Virus record (IMG/VR): IMGVR_UViG_3300032227_000993 | Source of the DNA: a virus | Lineage: Duplodnaviria > Caudoviricetes | Length of the DNA: 64,000 nucleotides | Direction: 5' to 3' (one strand) | Shown here: piece after piece, positions 1-8,231 of the stretch | How positions within the stretch are numbered: the first letter of the stretch is position 1 | How the letters are laid out: the number at the start of each line of letters is the position of its first letter | Program-made: the position numbers and the translations under genes | The notes under the pieces: model-generated | Told to the model about the DNA's origin: nothing | Database searches by the model: none | The model's input: the letters and a program-made list of their open reading frames with translations, nothing else

Positions 1-728
1 TCCCAAAAAAACGAAATACATTCAAACGGCGATTCAGGATCTGCTTCAGTTTCGTTCATGATATGCGGATTCATGCGCTCGTCAATAAACGCAATGTAAT
101 ATTTTCCGTCAACCAGATACAAAAACGGTTTGTCAATGGCGTAAATTAACCCAGCTCTTTTGAACTGTAAACTTTTGGGAAAGTAACGATACAAAAACTT
201 TTTACCTAACGAACTAGCAGTATACGAATTTAAATCATTGACCTTGACAATAGTATTATTCCATAAGTCAACTAATTCTTGGCCCCAAGTCAAGTGAGTG
301 ATATTGATGTTGGGTTGATATTGTCGCAGTTTTTCAACCTGTGGTTTGGCCGCAAGTACTGCTTCCTGCCCCATGTTCCTACCATCCTTGACATCTTCGC
401 CAAGATATGATTCTTCGGCACTACGATTCATTAGTTGATCTATTTCTAAACCATTTTTAATAAAACTTTCTGCGGCTGTGTGGCTATCTTCGCCACCACT
501 GTAGCTTAACAATAGGTAATCATATTTCAATCTAATGCTGAGTGCTCGTTCAAAATACAGTTGTTCTAAAGTTTCAGTGGGTTCAGTGCCCCAATCAACA
601 CGGCCAAATTCCTCGTCACGATAATTCCAATGTGGAAAATAGTTATTGGGAATAGCCGCATTGAATGCTTCTAACTTATTAGTGTATATTTTTCCAGCAA
701 CTTCATAATAGCCGTGTTTTGGAATCAT
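1..728 (-). CDS. PP-loop (adenine nucleotide alpha-hydrolase superfamily) protein, 3'-truncated by window edge
   Basis: Not in ORF track. Hand translation from ATG at 728 (ATGA overlap with upstream gene stop) gives MIPKHGYYEVAGKIYTNKLEAF...YDYVVIFYSGGEDSHT..., open to position 1; SGGxDS PP-loop motif. Confidence 0.6.
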   Translation of the reverse strand, partial: MIPKHGYYEVAGKIYTNKLEAFNAAIPNNYFPHWNYRDEEFGRVDWGTEPTETLEQLYFERALSIRLKYDYLLLSYSGGEDSHTAAESFIKNGLEIDQLMNRSAEESYLGEDVKDGRNMGQEAVLAAKPQVEKLRQYQPNINITHLTWGQELVDLWNNTIVKVNDLNSYTASSLGKKFLYRYFPKSLQFKRAGLIYAIDKPFLYLVDGKYYIAFIDERMNPHIMNETEADPESPFECISFFW

Positions 729-1621
729 TCTTTAATAATTTTTTTAATGTTATTGGTTGAATCCTTTAGATACTTGGCAAAATCAGTTGAGTTTTTAGGT
801 TCTACTATCAACCCTCGACTTGTTAATGATTGCGATATGCTAGGATCTTTGAGAGCTGAAATTACAGCCGTACCAAAGGTATTTACAGCTTCATTAGTTG
901 TAGCATTTGGAGTCACAATACCTAACCAAACTGACCCGCTAACAGGAATACCTAATTCGTAACTAGTTGGAACATCCGGCATAGTATCTAATCGGGTGCG
1001 ATTAAACACTAACATGGGCTTCATGGTGCCGCCTTGAACATGGCTACTAATTTGCAAGGCACTAGATGCCGAAACATCGACATGGCCAGCCAGTACATCG
1101 GGCCACATGGCACCACCGCCTTTGTATGGGATACTAGTCCAACCCGGCCGAGCTGCAGAAGTAGTCAAGTAAGCGATACTTCTGGTGCCGCCGTTGCCGT
1201 AAGTAATTTTTTCAGCCTTTAACAAATCGTTAACAGTTTTGTACAAACTTTTTGAATTTACTCCTAGCACCACTGGACTGTGAGCCATAAACACTACAGG
1301 TTGAAAATTAACCAAACTATGTCCGCTAGTCGGCTCCATAATAGAATTAGGTATGATCTCGTCAGCAGTTAATAAAAATGTGTAGTTGTCGTTGATAGAC
1401 ATTACCTTCTGTGCTCCAATAGAACCATTGGCACCAGGTACAAGTTCAATTACCACTGGTTGGTTTAATAGTTTAACTAGATGTGGTTGAATTGTTCGAG
1501 CAACAATATCAGACGTGCCACCGGCTGAATATGGTATTAGTAATTTAATAGGCTTTTCTGGCCATACAGCATACGCATAGTTTGTTGCACATAGTGCTAA
1601 TAATAAAATAATTTTTTTCAT
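725..1621 (-). CDS. Bug/TctC family tripartite tricarboxylate transporter substrate-binding protein
   Basis: Signal peptide, then WPEKPIKLLIPYSAGGTSDIVAR, PGANGSIG, IPYKGGG, DVPT motifs typical of Bug proteins. Confidence 0.85.
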   Translation of the reverse strand: MKKIILLLALCATNYAYAVWPEKPIKLLIPYSAGGTSDIVARTIQPHLVKLLNQPVVIELVPGANGSIGAQKVMSINDNYTFLLTADEIIPNSIMEPTSGHSLVNFQPVVFMAHSPVVLGVNSKSLYKTVNDLLKAEKITYGNGGTRSIAYLTTSAARPGWTSIPYKGGGAMWPDVLAGHVDVSASSALQISSHVQGGTMKPMLVFNRTRLDTMPDVPTSYELGIPVSGSVWLGIVTPNATTNEAVNTFGTAVISALKDPSISQSLTSRGLIVEPKNSTDFAKYLKDSTNNIKKIIKE

Positions 1622-2181
1622 AAAGATTCCTTAAGTGTAATTAATAAATTTTCTTCAATAGGATCTCGCATAAGACCAATCTGCACAGCAATTCTTGATG
1701 TTTCAATATTTTCAACACTATGTATTTGTCGCCCGTTGATAAGATACCAGTTATTAGCTTGAGCATAAAATACTTCTATAGGTTCAAGATTATCGTACTC
1801 ATTAAAATACAGACCTTTGCTAATGTCTAACTTCAATTGTTCGTTACGAGCTTTGTAAAATACTGTCGATACGTTCTCCCCACCTGTGTTAATAACATAT
1901 TGTAAAGTGTAGAATCTTGTGCGGTCTAAGTGAGGACCCAAACACGGCGGGCTAATTTTACTGTAGCCTAAATTTGCCCATTCTTGTACGATGTATTTTT
2001 TAACCCAATCTTCCAAGCTAAAATTAACGTGTTCGCCTGTGTACACACCAGCAGAGTATTCCTTACTGTCTTGAGTTACTTTACGTAAGGCATCGCCAGT
2101 TATGTAAGTGACATTATCGTCACAATTAATTAACTCAGGCGGGATAGTTGGCAACCATGGCAAATGGATATACGAGTACAT
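1618..2181 (-). CDS. hypothetical protein, possible 2OG-Fe(II)/cupin-fold oxygenase
   Basis: PHLD...IHSV...SRI (HxD...H...R) spacing; translationally coupled to downstream gene. Confidence 0.45.
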   Translation of the reverse strand: MYSYIHLPWLPTIPPELINCDDNVTYITGDALRKVTQDSKEYSAGVYTGEHVNFSLEDWVKKYIVQEWANLGYSKISPPCLGPHLDRTRFYTLQYVINTGGENVSTVFYKARNEQLKLDISKGLYFNEYDNLEPIEVFYAQANNWYLINGRQIHSVENIETSRIAVQIGLMRDPIEENLLITLKESL

Positions 2182-2244
2182 ATTAAAATTTAATTGATTT
2201 TATTGCTTGTAGAAGAACTCTACTACGGTAGGCGTTCTGTACTA

Positions 2245-2273
2245 ATTGTACAGTAAAGACATTGCTATGTCAA
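2245..2273 (-). promoter_or_regulatory. sigma70-type promoter TTGACA-17-TACAAT (extended TG)
   Basis: Minus strand TTGACA (2273-2268), 17 nt, TACAAT (2250-2245); a TAAATA late motif lies upstream at 2324-2319. Confidence 0.7.
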
Positions 2274-2450
2274 GCGTCTTGGAAAATCCGACGTCGGAAG
2301 AACCCGGCGTTGCATTATTATTTAGTACTGGTTATTCTTGTGTCAGGAAAACCAGCAAACCCCGTGAGCCCAGCCCATCCGGTTTTCGGGTCAGCGGAGG
2401 CAGAATATGGTTACCGGTCTGCCTATAACTACTAACGAACTATTTTTTAC

Positions 2451-2618
2451 TTACCTGCCACGGCCAGCACTACGAGTAGGCGGTTTTTTAGCCGGGCCCG
2501 ATGACGGTTTTACTTTTACTTTTTTTTCTACTGTGGCATTGACATCGCTGCCATCAACATGGTGAATGCCTTTTTTCTTATCTAATGCTGCTTTGATTGT
2601 ATCTGATAATTTACTCAT
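2451..2618 (-). CDS. small basic hypothetical protein (55 aa)
   Basis: MSKLSDTIKAALDKKKGIHH...RSAGRGR; AAGGAAG RBS upstream; below ORF-track cutoff. Confidence 0.6.
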   Translation of the reverse strand: MSKLSDTIKAALDKKKGIHHVDGSDVNATVEKKVKVKPSSGPAKKPPTRSAGRGR

Positions 2619-2634
2619 ACACTTCCTTAAATTT

Positions 2635-2710
2635 TGGTGCCCTCACCATGATTCGAACACGGGACCCCCTGATTACAAATCAGGTGCTCTACCGACTGAG
2701 CTATAAGGGC
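2635..2710 (-). tRNA. tRNA-Thr(TGT)
   Basis: Cloverleaf GCCCTTATAGCTCAGTCGGTAGAGC..., anticodon loop TT-TGT-AA, GTTCGAATC, CCA encoded. Confidence 0.95.
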
Positions 2711-2718
2711 AGTATTTG

Positions 2719-2934
2719 TTATTCTGCGACTACTGCTACTTCTGGTGCTCGGTAAGTAGGACGAGCTTTTAATTCTGTAATACGACGTTGAATTTTTGCC
2801 ACGTGTTTCTTGCGAGCATTGGTCACTAATTTTTCTAATTGAGCCACATTCAACGGACCCAAACGCTCTTTACCATTCTTGGTACGCATTGGATCTGCTT
2901 TACGAGTTTTTTGATTTCCACCTTTGGTTGCCAT
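2719..2934 (-). CDS. small basic phage hypothetical protein
   Basis: 71-aa Lys/Arg-rich ORF with AAAGGAA RBS. Confidence 0.7.
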   Translation of the reverse strand: MATKGGNQKTRKADPMRTKNGKERLGPLNVAQLEKLVTNARKKHVAKIQRRITELKARPTYRAPEVAVVAE

Positions 2935-2957
2935 AATTGTTCCTTTGTTATTTTTAC

Positions 2958-4097
2958 TTATTCATCAATGCTGCTAGGCTTAAAAATTTCGTCGTAATTC
3001 AATCCACGTATTTGATCAAGCGTATCTATGTAATTTCTAAATTGTACATAGTGTTGGTGATTGAATTTGATATTGTTTGTAATGTTCTTGATAAATGTTT
3101 TGGCCTTAGAATCTAAATTGGAGGTCTCGGCCCACTGAACAAATAGATCAAAATCTTTTGGTGGAACACTATCTAAATTTAACCAAGGCTGACCTTGATT
3201 GGTATTAAAATGTATTGCAAAGTTATTATCGCGAGCAAACTCTACCAACTCAGGCAAGGCATACACACTAGTGTGTTGTATGGTATGATGTAACTGTATT
3301 TTTGTTATTGGTAAATGAGATTTTAATTTGACAAAATTATCTAAAATATTTTGCCACTTTGCTGGATATCGCACATAATAATTTTTATCTCCTGTTCCTT
3401 CTAGACTGATATTTAAAAATATTTGCCTGAATTTTTTGAGTACATCAATCAACGCAGTCGGTAAGCTACTAAAATTAGTATTAAACGATAGGTTTACTAG
3501 ATTTTTGTTTTTGATATCTTCTAACACACGTATTGTAGAAGGGTTAATAAATGGCTCTCCGCCAGTCATTCTAAAAGATATTGTGTTTTTTAATATGTCC
3601 TGACTAAATTGATAAAATTCATCAGTTTCGCAATATTCAGGGTGTTGGTAACTTATCTCCATGCCTAACTTTTTAAATTTTTCTTGGTTAGCCAATCGCT
3701 CCGCAGATATTAAACTACTTGACCATGGGCTACACATAATACATTTAAGATTGCACACACTAGAAATAAGATATTGGACATGATAAATTGGATTATTTTT
3801 ATCCACAGCCTGGGCAGCACGTTGTCCATAGGTCTCATTGCTTTGTTGACGTAAACTTTTTAAGCCTAAATCTTCCTCACGCCAACAAACCATACATCTG
3901 TCGTGTCTGATTCCGGCTTCGGCATCATCATGTATTCGTTGCTGGACTTCCTTTTGATATCGATCAAATTCAGTAAATTTAATATGTTGCCACTTGGATC
4001 TATCATATTGACAACATGGATCTAGGCTACCATCTAAATCAACTTTGATACCGTGGTAAGTCAAGGCACAGCGGAGAGGGTCGTTGACATCAATCAT
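2958..4097 (-). CDS. radical SAM protein with SPASM/twitch-like Cys cluster
   Basis: CNLKCIMC (CxxxCxxC), GGEPF, N-terminal PCC...C..CW. Confidence 0.85.
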   Translation of the reverse strand: MIDVNDPLRCALTYHGIKVDLDGSLDPCCQYDRSKWQHIKFTEFDRYQKEVQQRIHDDAEAGIRHDRCMVCWREEDLGLKSLRQQSNETYGQRAAQAVDKNNPIYHVQYLISSVCNLKCIMCSPWSSSLISAERLANQEKFKKLGMEISYQHPEYCETDEFYQFSQDILKNTISFRMTGGEPFINPSTIRVLEDIKNKNLVNLSFNTNFSSLPTALIDVLKKFRQIFLNISLEGTGDKNYYVRYPAKWQNILDNFVKLKSHLPITKIQLHHTIQHTSVYALPELVEFARDNNFAIHFNTNQGQPWLNLDSVPPKDFDLFVQWAETSNLDSKAKTFIKNITNNIKFNHQHYVQFRNYIDTLDQIRGLNYDEIFKPSSIDE

Positions 4098-4821
4098 AAT
4101 AACCAGGGAATAAATTTACTAAATTAAATTGACTGTAGTCAACAGGAATAACGCCTTGTTTATTGTTTACAACAATATCTTTGATCAAGTCTTTGACTTG
4201 TTCGTGTACACCGTCGCTTAAATGACCAGTGCGATCCATAATGTAAGGGGCAACTCCTACACGTTCGCCTTCACCTAAACTTAATGTTTCAAACGCAAAG
4301 TCAACCAGTGTACCTCCGCTAAAGTATTTCTTAGCCAACTCCTGCGAGCTTGTTGTGTTGGGTAAAAAGATAAATTTAGTATTGGGATACTGTCTAGGTA
4401 ATTCTAAACACCACTTGACCATGAGTTCAAATTCAAACTCATGCTCATCTTTGCTGTACAGATATCTATAGTACTTGTCGGCAGCGTCTTGTATTTCAGC
4501 TTCTTTGGCAGCCAGCTCACCTAAATCTCTGCCTTCAATTTTGGCTGTAATAACTCGCTCAGTTAAATTGTCAGTGTACAATCTATGAGGCCAAGTAAAA
4601 GTAAAAATGGCAACATCAAAATTAATTTTTGCTGACCACCGCTTCCATTCAGCAATGGCATAGTATTGACTGGTGCCACCTAGTCCCGAACAGATAAATG
4701 GAGCGGCTAGATCGTCAAGCAATCGATGCGCCCAAATTTTTCTACCCAATGGTATATTGGGATTTTCACGCCTATGCCACACAGTATCAATGTAACTGTC
4801 GCCAAAAAACCCTATCTTCAT
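4090..4821 (-). CDS. hypothetical protein, SGNH/GDSL-like hydrolase fold
   Basis: Likely start MKIGFFGDSY at 4821 (ATGA overlap with upstream stop); GDS block and late GH. Confidence 0.5.
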   Translation of the reverse strand: MKIGFFGDSYIDTVWHRRENPNIPLGRKIWAHRLLDDLAAPFICSGLGGTSQYYAIAEWKRWSAKINFDVAIFTFTWPHRLYTDNLTERVITAKIEGRDLGELAAKEAEIQDAADKYYRYLYSKDEHEFEFELMVKWCLELPRQYPNTKFIFLPNTTSSQELAKKYFSGGTLVDFAFETLSLGEGERVGVAPYIMDRTGHLSDGVHEQVKDLIKDIVVNNKQGVIPVDYSQFNLVNLFPGYYD

Positions 4822-5450
4822 TGCGGAACGGTGTAGTGGATTTGTAGTAGCTCGCGCATTTTGTATTGTGAATGCTTGTTCCAATTAGAAGTACAATGTA
4901 GTTGAATAGTTTCAAATAATGCTGCGGCACCGGCTTCGTAGGTAAAAATACCATCCAAGTTTAAATAGTCAGCCATGTACTTTCCATTGTTGGGATCTTG
5001 TGTATGCTCCAGGTCTTCAGTTTCACTGATGTTAGAAATCTTAGTAGCAGTTTCTGGATTCCAAGTCATAAAATATTCTTCAACCATCTTGGCATTGCTG
5101 GCTGATTTTTCTTTGAATACGATGGTTTTAAATTCAGGAATAGTATCTAACGCAATCACATACGTCCATGTTGGATGAGGAGTCTGCATTGAGTAGTCGT
5201 CAATATGGATAAGGTGCGCACGGCTTTGGCGCTGTAGTGCGCACCAGATGTCTGTGGCATTAGGATGTACAGCACGAACAATGTCTTCAATAATTTTAAA
5301 TTCTTTATCTTGTGGCACAACTTGTAATCTGTGATCGATAACGCCATCGTCTACTTCAAAATTAACGTAGACACGGTCTTTTTTATCTTCCCAAAATTGT
5401 CTAAAATCAACAATTTGTTCTGGTGTAACAAGTTTTTTAAATATTTGCAT
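4818..5450 (-). CDS. hypothetical protein, possible 2OG-Fe(II) oxygenase-like
   Basis: HIDD...LHCT...R pattern; RBS upstream. Confidence 0.4.
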   Translation of the reverse strand: MQIFKKLVTPEQIVDFRQFWEDKKDRVYVNFEVDDGVIDHRLQVVPQDKEFKIIEDIVRAVHPNATDIWCALQRQSRAHLIHIDDYSMQTPHPTWTYVIALDTIPEFKTIVFKEKSASNAKMVEEYFMTWNPETATKISNISETEDLEHTQDPNNGKYMADYLNLDGIFTYEAGAAALFETIQLHCTSNWNKHSQYKMRELLQIHYTVPQ

Positions 5451-5505
5451 GTTGTTCTCTTTGTGTTATTATTACTTATTATTTTCAACAGTCAACTTTA
5501 AAAAA

Positions 5506-6510
5506 TTAACTTGAAAATTGTTCCATTACCTTATCAAATTTACCACATTGTTTAGCACACTCTTTTATGCCTGTTGTACTCCAAGCTGCTTCTACCTGAT
5601 CAAAATATCCGCTGTTAAAAATTTCTTCTAAGGTTTGATTATTAAGATTTGGCCAATACTTAATGGTATCCAAGTATTGTGTTTTGTTATGATGAGCGCG
5701 AATGTAAGTCATATCTAACCAACAACATGGAGTTACAGTACCGTCAGCACCGATGTAGACTTGATTGTCATTTTTTGCCTTGCAATTAATAACAGGTAAC
5801 TGTTGTTCTTCGGCCTTGATTACTTTACTTATCATATTGGTGCTTTTAATAGTCGGCTGTATGATGTGGACAGTTTTGCTGGTAGTGCTAGTAGTGCTAG
5901 AAGTGCTAGTGGTAACAGGTAATTTGTCAATGGTAAATCGATTTGTATTTTTTGTAAAAAATTCAGCGAATCCCATTTGTTTGCTGAGTTCTCTACAAGT
6001 GTCTGCTTGGTGTTCGTTATGTTGAAATACTAACATATCCCATCTAGCACGACCTCCAGCCTTGATAAATTCTTTAGCATTGTTAATAATTTTATTCCAT
6101 TCAGTGTTTATTCTGTACAAATGATGGGTATCCTCTAGCCCGTCAATGGCAAATACAACATCTACCCGCAAGTTGGCAAGTTCTACAAACCACTCGGGTG
6201 TTCGTGCGCTACCGTTGGTGTACAGCTCTAATGTCATGTTATTATTATGACTACGCAGATATTTAAAAATTTCCATAGTATCTTTGGCTACAATGGCGTC
6301 ACCAAGATTACCGCACATTTTTAAATGATTCAATTGTTTTACAAATTCCACTGAGAACCAAGTCTCAAACTGGTTTAATGTAATTTCAGTCAAGTTTACT
6401 AGGGGTGAAAGCAAACCGTTGGGTTCGTAACGACCGCACATAGGGCATTTGGCTTGGCACTTAGATGTAATTTCAAGATGTACCGATCTTAATTGATTAA
6501 TTTTGTACAT
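5506..6510 (-). CDS. radical SAM/SPASM protein (paralog of 12959-13975)
   Basis: CQAKCPMC, GNLGD, TNGS, FAIDGLEDTHHLYR, C-terminal PCC and C...C. Confidence 0.85.
   Translation of the reverse strand: MYKINQLRSVHLEITSKCQAKCPMCGRYEPNGLLSPLVNLTEITLNQFETWFSVEFVKQLNHLKMCGNLGDAIVAKDTMEIFKYLRSHNNNMTLELYTNGSARTPEWFVELANLRVDVVFAIDGLEDTHHLYRINTEWNKIINNAKEFIKAGGRARWDMLVFQHNEHQADTCRELSKQMGFAEFFTKNTNRFTIDKLPVTTSTSSTTSTTSKTVHIIQPTIKSTNMISKVIKAEEQQLPVINCKAKNDNQVYIGADGTVTPCCWLDMTYIRAHHNKTQYLDTIKYWPNLNNQTLEEIFNSGYFDQVEAAWSTTGIKECAKQCGKFDKVMEQFSS
5882..5908. repeat. 9-bp tandem repeat (GTAGTGCTA x2 + GAAGTGCTA) encoding a Thr/Ser-rich insert
   Basis: Seen directly; encodes part of TTSTSSTTSTTS in the radical SAM protein. 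Confidence 0.8.
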
Positions 6511-6547
6511 CTGTTATTTATTTTGACCTGAAGCCAGGATTATTGAT

Positions 6548-6637
6548 TGGCGGAGAGTGTGAGATTCGAACTCACGATAGTGTTACCACTATGACGGTTT
6601 AGTAGACCGTTGGTTTCAGCCGCTCACCCAACTCTCC
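6548..6637 (-). tRNA. tRNA-Ser(ACT), unusual A34 anticodon
   Basis: GGAGAGT/ACTCTCC acceptor, G73, long variable arm, stem ACGGT/ACCGT with loop CT-ACT-AA, CCA. Confidence 0.9.
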
Positions 6638-6654
6638 AGTTACTACAATAATTC

Positions 6655-6730
6655 TGGCTCCCCAACCAGGACTTGAACCTGGGACCAACAGATTAACAGT
6701 CTGCTGCTCTACCGACTGAGCTATCGGGGA
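6655..6730 (-). tRNA. tRNA-Asn(GTT)
   Basis: Cloverleaf, loop CT-GTT-AA, GTTCAAGTC, CCA. Confidence 0.95.
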
Positions 6731-6762
6731 ATAACCTGTGCTACGCTTGCATGGGTATTGTG

Positions 6763-7089
6763 TTACTTATCGCGACGCTCGTGTCGATGACTGATTTTGT
6801 AAGTTTTGCCAAACAACTCGTAGCCTACGAGACCTTGTTCGACTTCCTGTAGTGCTGTCACACGATTTCCGTATTTACGTTCAATCAAAGTAGCATCGCC
6901 GCGATTTAATTCGCGAACACGATTGGCCACAATCAATACTGCGTCATAGCGTGTGCCAATCATCTCTGCGGCACGTTGTCCTGTGCGCCCTTCGATACTG
7001 TTACTGTCATAAAATTTATCAAGTTTGTAACGCAATACAGTATTGCCATCGCTTTGAATTTGTGTTACTACTCTTGTGGTATCAATCAT
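6763..7089 (-). CDS. rpoZ: RNA polymerase omega subunit homolog with N-terminal extension
   Basis: AAEMIGTRYDAVLIVANRVREL...VTALQEVEQG aligns by eye with E. coli omega [22 protein letters not shown]...VIALREIEEG. Confidence 0.75.
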   Translation of the reverse strand: MIDTTRVVTQIQSDGNTVLRYKLDKFYDSNSIEGRTGQRAAEMIGTRYDAVLIVANRVRELNRGDATLIERKYGNRVTALQEVEQGLVGYELFGKTYKISHRHERRDK

Positions 7090-7107
7090 TTTATTTCCTA
7101 ATTAAAG

Positions 7108-7260
7108 TTAGTGTGGGATTTGTACTGGCAAGTACGGAACCGCTCGAGGACCATGACGTTGCTGCAAGAGTTTACGAGCTTCGTAGGCATCATCGGCGCC
7201 TACTCGATCCTTAAATTCTTTACCGTCGGGTCCTCTGACAGTTGCTTCGTACAGTTTCAT
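7108..7260 (-). CDS. small hypothetical protein (50 aa)
   Basis: MKLYEATVRGPDGKEFKDRVGADDAYEARKLLQQRHGPRAVPYLPVQIPH; coupled to upstream ORF. Confidence 0.6.
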   Translation of the reverse strand: MKLYEATVRGPDGKEFKDRVGADDAYEARKLLQQRHGPRAVPYLPVQIPH

Positions 7261-7261
7261 A

Positions 7262-7426
7262 TTATTTTGCCAAGATAGCTGCTTGTTTCAATGCTTTGAT
7301 GAGTTCGTGGGTGCGTCGCTTGGCAGCCATAATACTACGACTAGCGTGTGCTCGCTTTTCAGATTTACTCCATTGTCCTGCTAAAGTACGTTGTAATTCG
7401 GTTGCGGTTTGTTGTGGTTTTGCCAT
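7262..7426 (-). CDS. small basic hypothetical protein (54 aa)
   Basis: MAKPQQTATELQRTLAGQW...; strong AAGGAG RBS. Confidence 0.65.
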   Translation of the reverse strand: MAKPQQTATELQRTLAGQWSKSEKRAHASRSIMAAKRRTHELIKALKQAAILAK

Positions 7427-7448
7427 GACTTTCTCCTTATTAATAACT

Positions 7449-7477
7449 ATTGTACAGTAATATTCATACTATGTCAA
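7449..7477 (-). promoter_or_regulatory. sigma70-type promoter TTGACA-17-TACAAT
   Basis: Exact hexamers and 17-nt spacer on minus strand. Confidence 0.75.
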
Positions 7478-7483
7478 CAACTC

Positions 7484-7560
7484 TGGTACCCCTGGAAGGA
7501 TTCGGACCTCCATATCCCGCCTTCTTGGAGCGGTGACTTTACCAGTTTGTCTACAGGGGT
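7484..7560 (-). tRNA. non-canonical tRNA, most likely Leu(AAG), short variable arm
   Basis: ACCCCTG/CAGGGGT acceptor, A73, CCA; stem CCGCT/GGCGG with loop CC-AAG-AA (C33); T-loop TCCGAAT instead of TTCGAAT. Confidence 0.7.
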
Positions 7561-7566
7561 AAATCT

Positions 7567-8172
7567 CTATGTTACTTGTGTGGTACCATTTCCATTCTTG
7601 AAACCAACAACACCACCTTCTTCTCTGATGCGGGCTAATACATCTTCAAGTAGGATAGGCCTAAAGTCAGTTTGCTCCACGCATACACAATGGTATCTAG
7701 GATCAATCCACCGACGCCCACGCTCTACAAACTCTTGTGTAGTTTGTGCTGTTTTCATAACACGTTGCGTGTGCAAGTGACCATGAATGTTGACGCCAAA
7801 ACGACCAAGACTATCTTCATGAATAGGAATGTGCGTTAAAATCATTCCATTCATGACGTGTACACCACGCAGGCTTCTAAAGTAAGGAGCATAGTCCTCG
7901 TCCTTAAAAATATCGTGATTACCACGAATAAGAATCTTGTCACCGTTGAGTCTATTCATGATAGGCAAACTCTTACGACTCATAACAACGTCACCCAAGT
8001 GATAAACTTTGTCGTTAGGGCCCACAGTTTCGTTCCACGCTTTGACCATGGCCTCATCCATTTCATCTGGATTGTCCCACGGGCGGATTTTGACTCCTGT
8101 GTCTTCGTGAGTAAAGCGGCACACACCAGCGTGACCAAAGTGCGTGTCTGACGTCAAAAATACTGCTGGCAT
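7567..8172 (-). CDS. calcineurin-like metallophosphoesterase
   Basis: SDTHFGH, HLGD, GNHD, THIP, HGHLH motifs. Confidence 0.85.
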   Translation of the reverse strand: MPAVFLTSDTHFGHAGVCRFTHEDTGVKIRPWDNPDEMDEAMVKAWNETVGPNDKVYHLGDVVMSRKSLPIMNRLNGDKILIRGNHDIFKDEDYAPYFRSLRGVHVMNGMILTHIPIHEDSLGRFGVNIHGHLHTQRVMKTAQTTQEFVERGRRWIDPRYHCVCVEQTDFRPILLEDVLARIREEGGVVGFKNGNGTTQVT

Positions 8173-8202
8173 GGTGTGCTCCTTTCTTTAGGTTAATAAA
8201 GC

Positions 8203-8231
8203 ATTGTACTACAATTAGAATTTATTGTCAA
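8203..8231 (-). promoter_or_regulatory. sigma70-type promoter TTGACA-17-TACAAT
   Basis: Exact hexamers upstream of the phosphoesterase gene. Confidence 0.7.

Noticed and set aside
2266-2316. 16S-like words ATGCAACGC and CTTGACAT as another rRNA mimic
   Set aside because: CTTGACAT is explained by a perfect sigma70 -35 box, leaving a single 9-mer; too weak
2340-2362. SRP RNA domain IV-like TCAGG...AGCA
   Set aside because: Lacks the 3-bp stem plus GNRA loop and the long flanking helix
7484-7560. Reading this tRNA as Trp(CCA) or Leu(CAA)
   Set aside because: Only the CCGCT/GGCGG stem pairs, centring AAG; A73 also argues against Trp. Identity remains somewhat uncertain
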